From: Candidatus Bathyarchaeota archaeon
GTDB taxonomy: Archaea; Thermoproteota; Bathyarchaeia; Bathyarchaeales; Bathycorpusculaceae
Direction of reading: 5' to 3'
NCBI GenBank assembly: GCA_963780185.1
Contig: CAWABA010000006.1
Coordinates: 320,001-384,000, forward strand
Length of the DNA stretch: 64,000 bases
The position numbers were made by a program, and so were the translations under genes. This document shows, piece by piece, positions 10,383-22,175 of this stretch; within the stretch, counting starts at the first letter, position 1, and each line of letters opens with the position of its first letter. The notes under the pieces are model-generated. The model saw nothing but the letters and a program-made list of their open reading frames with translations, was not told where the DNA came from and did no database searches.

Positions 10383-10916
10383 ATGGTGCAGGTTTTGCCA
10401 AAAATGGTTGCGGTCGTCGGCGGGAAACACTCGGGGAAAACCACCGTTATCGAACACTTAATTGCAGAACTGAAAAGCCGTGGATACCGTGTTGGTGCCG
10501 TTAAGGAGATGGTTCGCATCCCAACGTTGGATACGCCTGCCACTGAAACTGACAGGTACACCACTGCGGGGGCAGAAGTCATAGTTGCTGTTCCCAGAGA
10601 CGAAACCGTCGTATTCATCAAAAAACGGCTCAGCATAAAAGAGATTTTGCCCTACCTCAATGGGCTCGACTATGCTCTTTTAGAAGGCTTCGAGCGTGAA
10701 CAAACGCTTCCCAAGATTATTGCTGCAAAAACCGCTGACGAAGTAAAAAGCTACTTGGGCGGGTTGGTCATTGCCGTTTCAGGTCTGATAATGGAGTCCG
10801 CGCCAGAAACAAAGAAAGCCGCCATGTTCAATATTCCAATGTTCAAGATTTCGATGCAGACTGGAGAACTTGCCGATTTAGTCGCCGAAAAAGCGGTAAC
10901 CTGCAGCGGCATCTGA
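10383..10916 (+). CDS. mobB: MobB paralog (copy 2)
   Basis: GGKHSGKTT P-loop, GYRVGAVK, ETDRYTTAGA and LLEGF motifs. Confidence 0.82.
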   Translation: MVQVLPKMVAVVGGKHSGKTTVIEHLIAELKSRGYRVGAVKEMVRIPTLDTPATETDRYTTAGAEVIVAVPRDETVVFIKKRLSIKEILPYLNGLDYALLEGFEREQTLPKIIAAKTADEVKSYLGGLVIAVSGLIMESAPETKKAAMFNIPMFKISMQTGELADLVAEKAVTCSGI

Positions 10917-11168
10917 AGTCTCGTTTACGTAGAAATTAAAACTATGTTTATATCGTTAGTTGCGCTAGGGTTTATCAGGGATTAGCAATTGCCTCGAAAG
11001 AAAAATAAGTTTAAGCTTTTCAGTCTATTCGGTTTACTTGCTGAATTTGAAGATCCAGAAGAGCACAACCATTGCCACTGCGAAGGCAACATTTGAGTGC
11101 CGCTCTTCCCTTTTTGTAAGTGTGAAAAAATGCTATGAACTGCCGGGGATTTCTGCTTCTTGAAATTG

Positions 11169-12290
11169 TTATTCGATGTTGTTGTCTTCAAAGATGTTTA
11201 ATGCGTCAGTGCTGAAACACACGTATACTTTGTCTCCTATGCTGACCCCCAAACTCTTGATTGTGCTTAAAGAAACTCTTGTTTTTACCAAGAAGCCTGC
11301 GTCTATCGTGACTTGGGCGTTTGATCTCATTTGAACCATCTCAGTTATGACTCCTTGAACAGAGTTGCTTGGAGCCCCACCGAAATTGGATTCGGCTGAT
11401 TTGGAAAGTACGATGTCTTCAGGTTTAATTGTGGCGATAACGCTTTTTCCGACGATGTTAGGAGTTTTTGGCGCCAAAATTATCTCGCCATTCACATCGA
11501 TTTCTAAGAGCCCCTCACGGGTTCCCACAGCGCTGCCTTTGAACGTGTTAATTCCCAGAAACTTTGCAACGTACGATGAACTGGGCTTATCAAAAATCTC
11601 GGTTCTGCCGCCGATTTGCTCGATGCGTCCATTGCCCATCACAGCTATCCTGTCTGACATCACAAAAGCTTCAGACAAGTTATGAGTAACATAAACCACA
11701 TCGATTTTTAGTGCCTGAAGGTAGTTTTTGAGTTCCAACCTGAAAGATTCTCTTAGTTGAGGATCAACTGCGGAGACAGGTTCATCTAAAAGCAGCACTT
11801 GCGGTTCAGTTGCCAGAGATCTTGCCAACGCAATCCTTTGTTTCTGCCCGCCGCTAAGTTGACTCGGATAAAACTTTGCATATTCGTGGAGCCCAACGAA
11901 ATCAAGTAGGCTTTCCGTTCTTTTTTTCACTTCCTGTCTGGGTAAGTGCATCGCCTTTAACCCGTATGCTACATTGTCTTGAACGCGCATATGAGGAAAA
12001 AGAGATACCGTTTGGAAGACATAGCCAACTTTACGCTCTGACGGCTTAAGCTGAACCTTTTTTGTGCCCTCTTTTCCGCTCACTAACACATCGTCAATGT
12101 AAATATTGCCTTCATCTTGCCTGGTTAAGCCTGAAAGTATGTTTAACAGCGTTGTTTTTCCACAGCCGTTCGGCCCAAGAAGTGACAAGATTTCCTCGTC
12201 TCTAACTTCGAGACTGAGGTTTTCCAAAACCTTCTTTTCTTTAAAAGATTTTGAAATTGAAGTAATCTTTATCATTTTTTGGCGCCCCAC
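11169..12290 (-). CDS. modC: Molybdate/tungstate ABC transporter ATPase with C-terminal TOBE domain
   Basis: [23 protein letters not shown] and VTH motifs; TOBE-like C-terminus; in operon with modAB. Confidence 0.85.
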   Translation of the reverse strand: MGRQKMIKITSISKSFKEKKVLENLSLEVRDEEILSLLGPNGCGKTTLLNILSGLTRQDEGNIYIDDVLVSGKEGTKKVQLKPSERKVGYVFQTVSLFPHMRVQDNVAYGLKAMHLPRQEVKKRTESLLDFVGLHEYAKFYPSQLSGGQKQRIALARSLATEPQVLLLDEPVSAVDPQLRESFRLELKNYLQALKIDVVYVTHNLSEAFVMSDRIAVMGNGRIEQIGGRTEIFDKPSSSYVAKFLGINTFKGSAVGTREGLLEIDVNGEIILAPKTPNIVGKSVIATIKPEDIVLSKSAESNFGGAPSNSVQGVITEMVQMRSNAQVTIDAGFLVKTRVSLSTIKSLGVSIGDKVYVCFSTDALNIFEDNNIE

Positions 12291-12308
12291 CTTTTTTGCT
12301 CAAGAAGC

Positions 12309-13094
12309 TTAACGGCTATAAGAATTGAGAATGAAATGATGATTAAAATAATGGATAACATGATTCCTGCTAAGGGCTCGTAATACAGAAACATGTAGAT
12401 TGCCAGAGGCATCGTCTGCGTTATACCTGCAATGTTTCCCGCGAACATGAGGGTTGCGCCAAACTCGCCCATGGCTCTTGCCCACGTCATCATGGTTCCT
12501 GAAATTATAGCCCGTATTGAAAGCGGGAAAGTGATGGTGAAAAATACCCTGAAGGCGAGAACCCGATAACATCTTGGCACTGTTAATTATGTCTTTATCC
12601 ATGTTTTCAAACCCAACTTTGGCAGATCTAAAAAGAAATGGAGATGCTACAAAAGTTTCTGCAATAACGACGGCTATTGTGCTTCCAGGTATAATGAATC
12701 CCGGTTTGTTGAATAGGGGACCCAGTAGTCCTTTCGGCGCGAAAGTGTATAGCAACGCCACACCCGCTACAGCAGGCGGCAAAACTATAGGTAAATCCAT
12801 TATAGTGTCAAGGAATGTTTTTCCAGGAAAATTTCTCGTTACCATGAAATAAGCTGATGGTACCGCTAAAATAAAGGCAATTACAGTCGCTGCGGCTGAT
12901 GTCATTAAGCTGAGTTTAATGGCTTCTATGATTCCAGCGTTACGTATCTGCGCGCTGACTTGGCTAGGCTCGATTTTTAAAAAAACTGCTAAAATTGGTA
13001 TGGTTATGAAAAGAAAGTATGTTACTACGATTAGGGCAACGATTAAAATGATAATTTTGTCTGGATATCGGAGTTGAGCGAACCTATGCTTCAA
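12309..13094 (-). CDS. modB: Molybdate ABC transporter permease (frameshift near 12555)
   Basis: [16 protein letters not shown] motif, and [18 protein letters not shown] in the second frame. Confidence 0.88.
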   Translation of the reverse strand: MKHRFAQLRYPDKIIILIVALIVVTYFLFITIPILAVFLKIEPSQVSAQIRNAGIIEAIKLSLMTSAAATVIAFILAVPSAYFMVTRNFPGKTFLDTIMDLPIVLPPAVAGVALLYTFAPKGLLGPLFNKPGFIIPGSTIAVVIAETFVASPFLFRSAKVGFENMDKDIINSAKMLSGSRLQGIFHHHFPAFNTGYNFRNHDDVGKSHGRVWRNPHVRGKHCRYNADDASGNLHVSVLRALSRNHVIHYFNHHFILNSYSR

Positions 13095-13151
13095 TATGTT
13101 GCACCGTTCGATAACTTAAAAAAAAGATGTGGAAGTGCTTAATATGCACTT

Positions 13152-14178
13152 TTATGACCCGAACCCGAATTCTGTCAGCAGCGCTTGTCCTTGTGCTTGA
13201 AAGCCAGTAATTGTAGAAGTCTTGTGCTACAGCTGATTGAGTTGTTTCGCTAGGTATGCAAATGCCGTAGGTGCCAACAGTGTTTACTGCGGTTAGGTAT
13301 TGGAAGGAATTGTACTGTTTCTCCTATCAGGTTGGCGTAAGCTTCGTCAGAGTAGTACACGATGCCAGCGTCAGCGACTCCTACGTTGAGGTTAACGGCG
13401 CCAACGACTTGTTCATCAGTTGATAACGTGTTAATGACGTTGTTTTGGAAATTCGTGTAGTAGTTAGCGTAAGCTGGGTTGTAGCTTGGAGAGCTTGGGT
13501 TGCCCCATGTGTTAGTTAATTTTTGTCAGGGTTTGGTTTGTGTATGAGCCTACAGGCACTGATGTCTGCGCTATTACGATATGTATCTTGTTAGCGCCTG
13601 TAGCGGTAGAAGCTAAGTCTGCCAGTGATGTAATGTTTTTCGGGTTGCCTTGCGCTATAATGACGCAGAGACTGTTTGTTGTGAAATTGGTGTTGAAGTT
13701 GCTGTATGACGAGGTTTGAGCTGTTTAACGCGTTGGTCCATTTGGTGTCGGCGGACATGAAGACGTCGCATGGTGAGCCTGCAGCGATTTGCGCTTCAAG
13801 TGTACTTGATGAGCCAGAGTTGACTACTATGTTGCAGTTATATTGCTTGTCGAATGCTGCGGTCATGTTTGCGACGACGTTGACTAAGCTTGAAGCAACG
13901 AACACTGTTAGAGTTACAGGTGTTGGGGTTGCTGTCGGAGCAGGTGTTGGAGATCGGTTGAAGGTGATGCTGTTGGGGTAGCGGTGGGTTTTGCGGTGTG
14001 GGTGAGGGCGTTGCGCGTTGCTGTTGGGGTGAGCGTGGGTGATGCGGTCGGTGCGGGTGACGGTGTGGGGGAAATTTTGGAGTTGGGTGAGAGTGTTCCG
14101 TTGTAGGCTAAATAGCCCAGTGCGGAAGCAACTATTATTATGACGTACCATTATTATTGCAAGGTATTTTGTGTTCAT
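13152..14178 (-). CDS. modA: Molybdate-binding protein ModA with N-terminal anchor and Pro/Thr linker (multiple frameshifts)
   Basis: LTVFVASSL...SGSSSTLEAQIAAGSPCDVFMSAD motif; VPVGSY and ADAGIVYYSD pieces in other frames; ends at TAA 13152. Confidence 0.82.
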
Positions 14179-14189
14179 GGAGATTATCT

Positions 14190-14213
14190 CGATGTTATCA
14201 TTTAGTCATATCG
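14190..14213. promoter_or_regulatory. ModE-like operator palindrome 4 (CGATGTTA-TCATTTAG-TCATATCG)
   Basis: About 11 bp upstream of the modA start; same consensus as the other three sites. Confidence 0.85.
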
Positions 14214-14449
14214 AACAATTGTCAAAATATAAACCTTTCCAGACAAAACTTCGCGTTAAGCCGCTTATCATAGACTTGTAGATATCAAAACCCGTAAACT
14301 TTGACGCAAATTGAAAGGACCCAAAACTTTAGTCAGAAACTACCTTCCCTGTACCGTCAAAGCGTATCGTCTTTTCGTAGATACTTTACCCTCCTACCGG
14401 GCACCCTTGCACAAAACCGAAACATCTACCCAAACAAACCGCTCAATCA

Positions 14450-14779
14450 TTACGGCATCTTTTCTAAAAGATTGTTGAGCTCAGCCTGGGTATAACGGTA
14501 CCGCTTAACTAAATCTCTGCCAAAATCCGTAACTTCCGATGAGCCGCCGCCTTTCGATCCGCCACGCACACGTTTCACAAGTGACTGCCCAAGCCGCTCC
14601 TCTGCCAAAGTGATGCGGTGCAGGGCATAGCGGTAGGACATGCCTAGGTTTTTGGTGGTTTCAAGCATCGAGTGGCATTTGTCGATTTCTTCCAAGAGTT
14701 CCGCTAAGCCGTCGCCGAAAACCGCTTCGTCATTCTCGTTAACCATCCAAAGCTTAACTGCGTATTTGAGGGCGCACAT
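14450..14779 (-). CDS. modE: ModE-family winged-HTH regulator (DNA-binding domain only)
   Basis: VFGDGLAELLEEI...LGMSYRYA...LVKRVRGGSKGGGSSEVTDFG motif; 109 aa with no TOBE/mop domain; adjacent to modABC. Confidence 0.85.
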   Translation of the reverse strand: MCALKYAVKLWMVNENDEAVFGDGLAELLEEIDKCHSMLETTKNLGMSYRYALHRITLAEERLGQSLVKRVRGGSKGGGSSEVTDFGRDLVKRYRYTQAELNNLLEKMP

Positions 14780-14954
14780 GACGTTCTCCCGCTTCTATTT
14801 AGATCGTTGAATCCAATTAAGGTTTGGTGTTTCATTTTGTCCGTTTTTGTTGGTTGCGACGTGTTTGTGCATGCATAACGCTTAATTACTTGTACTTATC
14901 GTACTTACGTAGTACAGTAGAGTAATACTTATAATTTAAGAAGGGGAACAAATA

Positions 14955-15818
14955 ATGCAAAAAACCACAACAACCAGCAATACAAAATAACCCAAAAACA
15001 ACAATTAAACCCACAAGTAAAACTACTCAAAATACATGCACCCGACATCGCCCAAAAAGCCAAAGCAGGGCAATTCGTAATATCTCAAAACACATGTGAA
15101 CAGCGAAAGAATACCCCTAACCATAGCTACTTGGGACAAAACGCGTGGCACAATCACCCTCATATTCCAAGAAGTAGGGTTCTCAACAATCGAGCTCGGC
15201 AAGCTCCAAGCAGGCGACAGAAATAGAGAATTTGGCAGGGCCCTTGGGGAACCCAAGTGACATAAAAAACTATGGTAAAGTGGCTGTTGTATGCGGCGGG
15301 GTTGGAACAGCAGCTGCTTACCCGATCGCCCAGGCGTTGAAGGAAGCAGGAAACAACGTAACAACCATCATGGGCGCAAGAAACAAAGACCTGCTAATCT
15401 TGGAAGACGAAATGAAGGAAGTTTCTGACGAGTTTTACGTAGCAACTGACGACGGTTCAAAAGGGCAGAAAGGCTTCGTCACAGACGTACTCAAGATGCA
15501 GATGGCGCAAGGTGCATCAAGTTTCAACGTTGTTTATGCCGTAGGACCTCCCATGATGATGAATGCGGTATCCGAAGCCACACGACCTCACAAAATAAAA
15601 ACGATCGTCAGCCTGAACCCGATCATGGTCGATGGCATGGGTATGTGCGGTGCCTGCCGAGTTTCAGTCGCCGACAAAGTTCGGTTTGCATGCGTTGAAG
15701 GACCCGAATTTGACGCTCACCAAGTCAACTTCAAAGAATTAATGATGCGGCTTAGAAGCTACTCAAACGAGGAAAAACTGAACACGCAAGTCAGCGAGAA
15801 TTTTGGGAGAGCATGCAC

Positions 15819-15834
<16 letters not shown>
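14955..15834 (+). CDS. nfnA: NADH-dependent reduced ferredoxin:NADP oxidoreductase small subunit NfnA/SudB (frameshifted 5' part)
   Basis: AKAGQF and ERIPLTI upstream; GGVGTA, TDDGSKG.KGFVTD and MVDGMGMCGACRV...CVEGPEFDAH motifs. Confidence 0.88.
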
Positions 15835-17288
<1,454 letters not shown>

Positions 17289-17340
17289 AGTCGTCGACTT
17301 AACCCGAGGCTTGCCTGAGCCGTTAGTTTCTGCGCTGTTC

Positions 17341-18380
17341 CTAAGGTTCAGGATTAACCATTTTGAAGGCGCGGTTCACTGCTATCTCGGCGATGCTAAA
17401 GGCGCAGTGCGAGATTCTTTTTATGTTGTCGCGTATGGAGCATATGGCGCAAACTAACTCGGCGCTTTTTGGTGGACCCGGTAAATGATTTGGATGCTAT
17501 TTCCACTTCGAGTTTATCCATTCTCTGCTCTATGCTTCATTATTTCAACTGCGGCAGACACATCTTTCGCGAAGAACGCTGTCAACTGCCTTCACATAAA
17601 GGTCTAGCTGCTTCTGTTCCGCCGTTTATCATAAGCGCCAAGACTTCTTCCGGGATCTTTTGTTCGTGTGCCACTGAGCATTACGATGTGCCTTGCGATG
17701 TCGGCTGCGTAATCTGAGGCGTATTCCATTCGGTAAACAAGCGTTTCGTGATCCATGCAGTCGATGGGTCAACATGTATTTCCTTTGCCAAAATGTGGGT
17801 CTTGTGCGGCGTTGCGTAGGATTCTGAGTATGAAGAAAGCGAAGTGGTCAACATCGTCGTCAAGCGAAAAAATCGATTTCGCCAATGCCACGTCATCATT
17901 TTTTAACGCATTCATAGCTCCTTCGCACATTGAACGTGAAATCATGTGCATTCGTTGTATCGCCTGCTCCAAGCGATGCTATCGATTCATCCATTAAGTT
18001 TTGAATGTACACGCATTTTGAATCTGCTTCCATAACTCTCATGTAGAGCTTTCCAGCCATGTTACGGATAGCTTTGGTTTGAGGTACAGTGAAGATGTTT
18101 CCTGAGGTCAGCATAATTCCAGTGTACCCGTTTAAGAAGGCGCCTAAGGATTTTTTGAGTATATCAAGATTTCTTCGTCGTTTTGGTTTATGCTTAGAGT
18201 TATTTCTTTGGGCGTGGCTTTTTTGATGTTGCTTGGATAAATAACTAAGGCGCGGTCTCGTTGAACGCTGAAGGAAACGGTGTCGCCTTTTTTCAGTTCG
18301 TTTAGCTGCAGCCATTCTTTTGGAAGAGAGACTACGAGTGATGATTTGCCTGCAGACATGATTTTTCTTTCCGATTCCAA
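17341..18380 (-). CDS. phoU: AbrB-domain PhoU-family regulator (multiple frameshifts)
   Basis: ERKIMSAGKSSLVVSLPKEWL AbrB N-terminus; SLDDDVDHFAFFILR and IAEIAVNRA PhoU pieces. Confidence 0.8.
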
Positions 18381-18560
18381 CTTTTTCCCTCAGTAACAAG
18401 TAGAAGTAATAATCAGTTAGTACGTCGCTTAGCCAATATATATTATACTGAATCAAACAGGGTCCGTTGCCGCTGACCAAGAAAATACGCCCCGTAAGTA
18501 TATGCCTCTAAGATTCAAATAGGGGCATACTTTCTGAAAGATGTTTGCTGAATCCCTCTA

Positions 18561-19584
18561 TTATGCCTCGATCACTTTCGCGTCTCTTCGAAACGTTAAC
18601 GTTGCCATTGCCTTCTGTCACATATCCGACTTCGAAATGCCTGACTCTTCGCTTATCCAACTCGCTCAAGCAAGTCGTCTGCGTCTTCTTTGGCCACTGC
18701 AATCAGCATCCCGCCAGCCGTTTCCTTCGCTTCGCCAGTCAACAAGGGGTACCCGAAAAGCTCCGCCAAAACAGGAGTCCCACGAATCACCGCCAACTGT
18801 GTCAATGACGATGTCGACTTTTCCAAGAACCGCCATGTTTGCGGCGTGGCCTTTAAGCCCGAAGCCTGTCACGTCGGTTGCCGCATGAACTGGAACCCTC
18901 TGCATGGCTTCCGCCACGGACTTGTTTGAGGAGTCATTCCATCAACGGCTTCATTAACTGCCGCTTCAACCAGATCTTCTGGGATGTCTTTAAGCAGATC
19001 TTTTCCTTCCTCTTCTTTTCTAAGCCTGTAAGCCGCCATCGCAGGAGCAATCCCCAAGCGGCTTTGGTCAAAAAAAGTCGGTCGCCGACCTTCGCGCCTC
19101 TGGTGTAAACGATTTTTTCGGGTCGCCTACGCCTGTTGCGGCGCCGCCGATGATTGGCCAAGGGTTCCTGAATGGTGTGACCGCCAACTACTGGTGCGCC
19201 CATTTCGCGGCAGAAATCGCCAAACCCTTTGAGCATTCCCACGGCTAACTCGTCAGGCATGTTTTCGGGAAACGCCAAAATCGACAGGACACTTACGATG
19301 TTGGTTACGGCTAAGGCGTAAATGTCGCTTGTTACGTTGCTTCCTGCGATTCTGCCTTGAATTTCGGGTTCATCAACCATCGGCGTAAAAAAATCCAAAG
19401 TGTTCAAAACCGCAATGCCTTCGGCGATTTTTACGACGCTGGAGTTTTCCCATGGACCAGCCAGCACTTCTTCGCCGAAATCGCCTGACAAACCCGCGTT
19501 ATCGAGCAGCCTGCCAAGTTGGTACTGGGGAAGCTTGCAGCTGCATCCGTGAACTGGAACAGCCTTAGTTAATCTGTAAGTCAA
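18561..19584 (-). CDS. selD: Selenide, water dikinase SelD, Cys form (frameshifted)
   Basis: [45 protein letters not shown] and [13 protein letters not shown] motifs; active-site codon is TGC. Confidence 0.9.
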
Positions 19585-19695
19585 CTCGTTTTCCTCCTAA
19601 ACCTCGACCCTGCATGCCATTTCATGAACACAAATGTTCTAGTTTCAATAACTTAAAAATGTTTAAAGGTTAAAAAAATTGGGAAAAGGCTGTGT

Positions 19696-20983
19696 TTACC
19701 TTTTCGCTTGGATGATTTCCATGAATGCTTGGATTCTGGTTTTAATTTGCTCTGAATCGCCCATGGTGTAGTCTGTTTCGATTTTCAGCATCGGTATTCC
19801 TTGTGCTTTGAGTTCTCGCTCCACTTTGACTCCTTCAACGTTGTAGTCATGGCAGTTTTGCAGTGTATAGTATATGACGCCTTCTACGTTGAATTGTTTG
19901 GCAAGTTCTGTAATGCTTTCTATGCGTCTGGTGTTTGGTGTGAAGCATGCGCAGGGTATCTTTGAGTATTTTTCGTCTATTGCCCAAAGCAAATCATACA
20001 GGCTTTCACCTTTCGGTTCTACTAAGTCAGTGAAGTATCTTGTTCCAACGCAGCTTTCTTCAGCGACGACCGTTGCGCCAAGCGACTCAGCGATGCTATG
20101 TACCTTCCAGTTAGGAACAGCCATCGGAGAACCTGAAATCATAATTCTCGGCGCATCCTTGCTCGCGACGCCTTCGCCGTCTTTTACGCGTTGGTCCAGT
20201 TCGTCACAAAGCTCGTTCACTTTTGCGGTGAACCGTTTGACGTCATCCATGAAGCCTATTTGGTCGATAAGCAAGCCGTCTAAGCCGCTGATTGGCGAAG
20301 GCGAATTTGCACGTAAATCAGATAGACGCTTGAGTGCCCTGCGTTTGCCGTTTATTAGTTCTATGGCTTGCTTTCAGTTTTTCAGCGGTTATCTCGTTGC
20401 CTGTAAGCTTCTCCATCTCGCTTTTGAATGCCTCTAACTCGTTAAACCAAAACTCTTTGCCTTGCCGGGTGTCGGGTTTGTGGGGGACTTCAATCACGTA
20501 GGTTGGGACAAGTTCGTTTAGGAGTTCGTAGACTTTCTTTTTGCCGTCGCATGTTGTTTCTCCGACGACGAGATCGCTGGATTGGAAGTAGGGGCAGGTT
20601 CGGTTCAGCTTGAATCCGTAAAATGACTTGATTAGGGGACACAGGTTTCGGGGTAGGACGGTTTCTGCGTCGGGAACTGAGAAGTCTGCGCCTGCGCATA
20701 AGCCAACCATCGTGGCATCTGCCGCGTAGGCTAATTCTTCGGGCGCGTAAATGCAGAATGCGCCGACTACTTTTTTGCCTGCTGCTCTGAGGTCGTTGAG
20801 TTCTTTGATTCTTAAGCCGTGGACTTCAGAGACGACAAAATCGAAGTAATCCATTTTTTTGGGGCGGTTCTTTTGGGACATGACTGCGCTGCCGTAGTAT
20901 TGTCCTAAGCCGTTTAGAAGTTGGTCGTGTTTCTCGATGTCCATGCCGAGTTTTTTCCACATTTCTACGTATTTTTCCGCCAT
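19696..20983 (-). CDS. Double-cubane cluster protein (DCCP; HgdB/FldB 2-hydroxyacyl-CoA dehydratase family), frameshift near 20375
   Basis: FCIYAPEE, GLCAG, PRNLCPLIKS, CPYF, GETTCDGKKK, EESCVG.RYF, CACFTPN and LKIETDY...QIKTRIQAF, recalled as closely resembling Carboxydothermus DCCP. Confidence 0.88.
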
Positions 20984-21065
20984 TAATGGTCACGTGCGGG
21001 AATATGTGAAAAGAGCGACATCTATTAAGATTTTTTGATAAACAATATTAGAAAAATTGATGCAG

Positions 21066-21290
21066 CTAGCGTTTCCTAATCAAAACCCTAAACTCAACAC
21101 CCGACTTAGCCGCCTCAACAACCTCATGCCCATTATTCTTAACCCAACGCTGAACATTATCAAACTCCAACTCGCCCTCCCCGACAACCTCAAGCAACTG
21201 CCCAGAAACCATGCTCTCCAGCTTCCGCTTCGTGAACGCCACTGGCATAGGGCACATTTTTCCTTTAACATCTAATTTTTCGGTTGCCAA
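21066..21290 (-). CDS. TusA/SirA/YedF-family sulfur (selenium) carrier
   Basis: LDVKGKMCPMP motif, 74 aa. Confidence 0.9.
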   Translation of the reverse strand: MATEKLDVKGKMCPMPVAFTKRKLESMVSGQLLEVVGEGELEFDNVQRWVKNNGHEVVEAAKSGVEFRVLIRKR

Positions 21291-21299
21291 TTGGTGCGC

Positions 21300-21665
21300 C
21301 TAGAACGTGATCACTTTGTCACTGTTAGCTGTCCATTCGACAAGCTCATGTACGGTGGCGATTTTGACTCCGTCAAGCAGGTCAGTTTGGGTTAAGCCGC
21401 GGGCTTCGCAGCAGACGATGCAGGCTTTGACTTCTGCCCCGCCTTTGATGAGGTCTTCAAGCATTTGCCCATAGTTGGTTAAGCCTTGAGCAGGTTTTTG
21501 CCCTTTCTTAGCCAAGTAAACGCCGTTTTCGAACAGCCAGATTCTTACTTTGTGCCCTTCTATATCGCAGGTCCATGCAAACCTAAGCGCGGAGAGTGCG
21601 CGTTCTTTTGCGTAAGGCGCCTCATAAATTATTACGGTGAATGTCGCCAAGTTGTTCAACCTCAA
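21300..21665 (-). CDS. DsrE/TusD-family sulfur-relay protein
   Basis: APYAKERALSALRFA, LFENGVYLAKKGQ, ACIVCCEARGL and WTANSDKVITF motifs. Confidence 0.88.
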   Translation of the reverse strand: MRLNNLATFTVIIYEAPYAKERALSALRFAWTCDIEGHKVRIWLFENGVYLAKKGQKPAQGLTNYGQMLEDLIKGGAEVKACIVCCEARGLTQTDLLDGVKIATVHELVEWTANSDKVITF

Positions 21666-21838
21666 ATAACTTAATAATGGATATTAAAAAAAGCTGATAT
21701 AAGGCTTCTTCTAGAAAAACAGTTCCGTCAAGGCTAAAGAAGATATTTGGCTTGAGGCGTTGGTGGAAGAAGAAATGCAACGACACGTTCAGAGTGGTGA
21801 GTAAGCCGAAAAGGTGGTTTCCCACTGCCATTCTTTTT

Positions 21839-22006
21839 TTAGCTGACCCGACTGCCGCACATGGGGCAGAAAAGTTCATGACGGCACATCAGCTCAAACC
21901 AACAAATGTAGCAAAAGTAAATTTGGCATTTTGGGCAGTGCACAAAGAAACCGCCTATGAATTTTCCGCAAGCATCGCAAGGTCGGGTTAGGTCAACGTC
22001 GCTCAT
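21839..22006 (-). CDS. 55-aa Cys-rich zinc-finger microprotein (four CxxC pairs), absent from the ORF track
   Basis: Manual translation: MSDVDLTRPCDACGKFIGGFFVHCPKCQIYFCYICWFELMCRHELFCPMCGSRVS*; TATA-like TTATAAAA about 25 bp upstream. Confidence 0.75.
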   Translation of the reverse strand: MSDVDLTRPCDACGKFIGGFFVHCPKCQIYFCYICWFELMCRHELFCPMCGSRVS

Positions 22007-22175
22007 ATTCTGTTTTGAGGTTTGATCCTTTTATAAGTAAACTGTCGAAGCGACTGTTTTAACTAGTAGAGGATTAACCGAAAGAGAACAATGGCAAAAC
22101 AGCTAGGGCACTGTATAAAGAAAGGCTTAAGGGATAGCTGATACCAAAAGGCTAATTTCAGGAGATGATAACAAG

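Noticed and set aside
10982-11191. 69-aa ORF downstream of modC
   Set aside because: No motif, overlaps the modC end, composition not protein-like
18561-21665. Selenocysteine (TGA) recoding in selD, tusA or dsrE
   Set aside because: Active-site codons are Cys codons; no in-frame TGA at conserved Cys positions and no convincing SECIS seen
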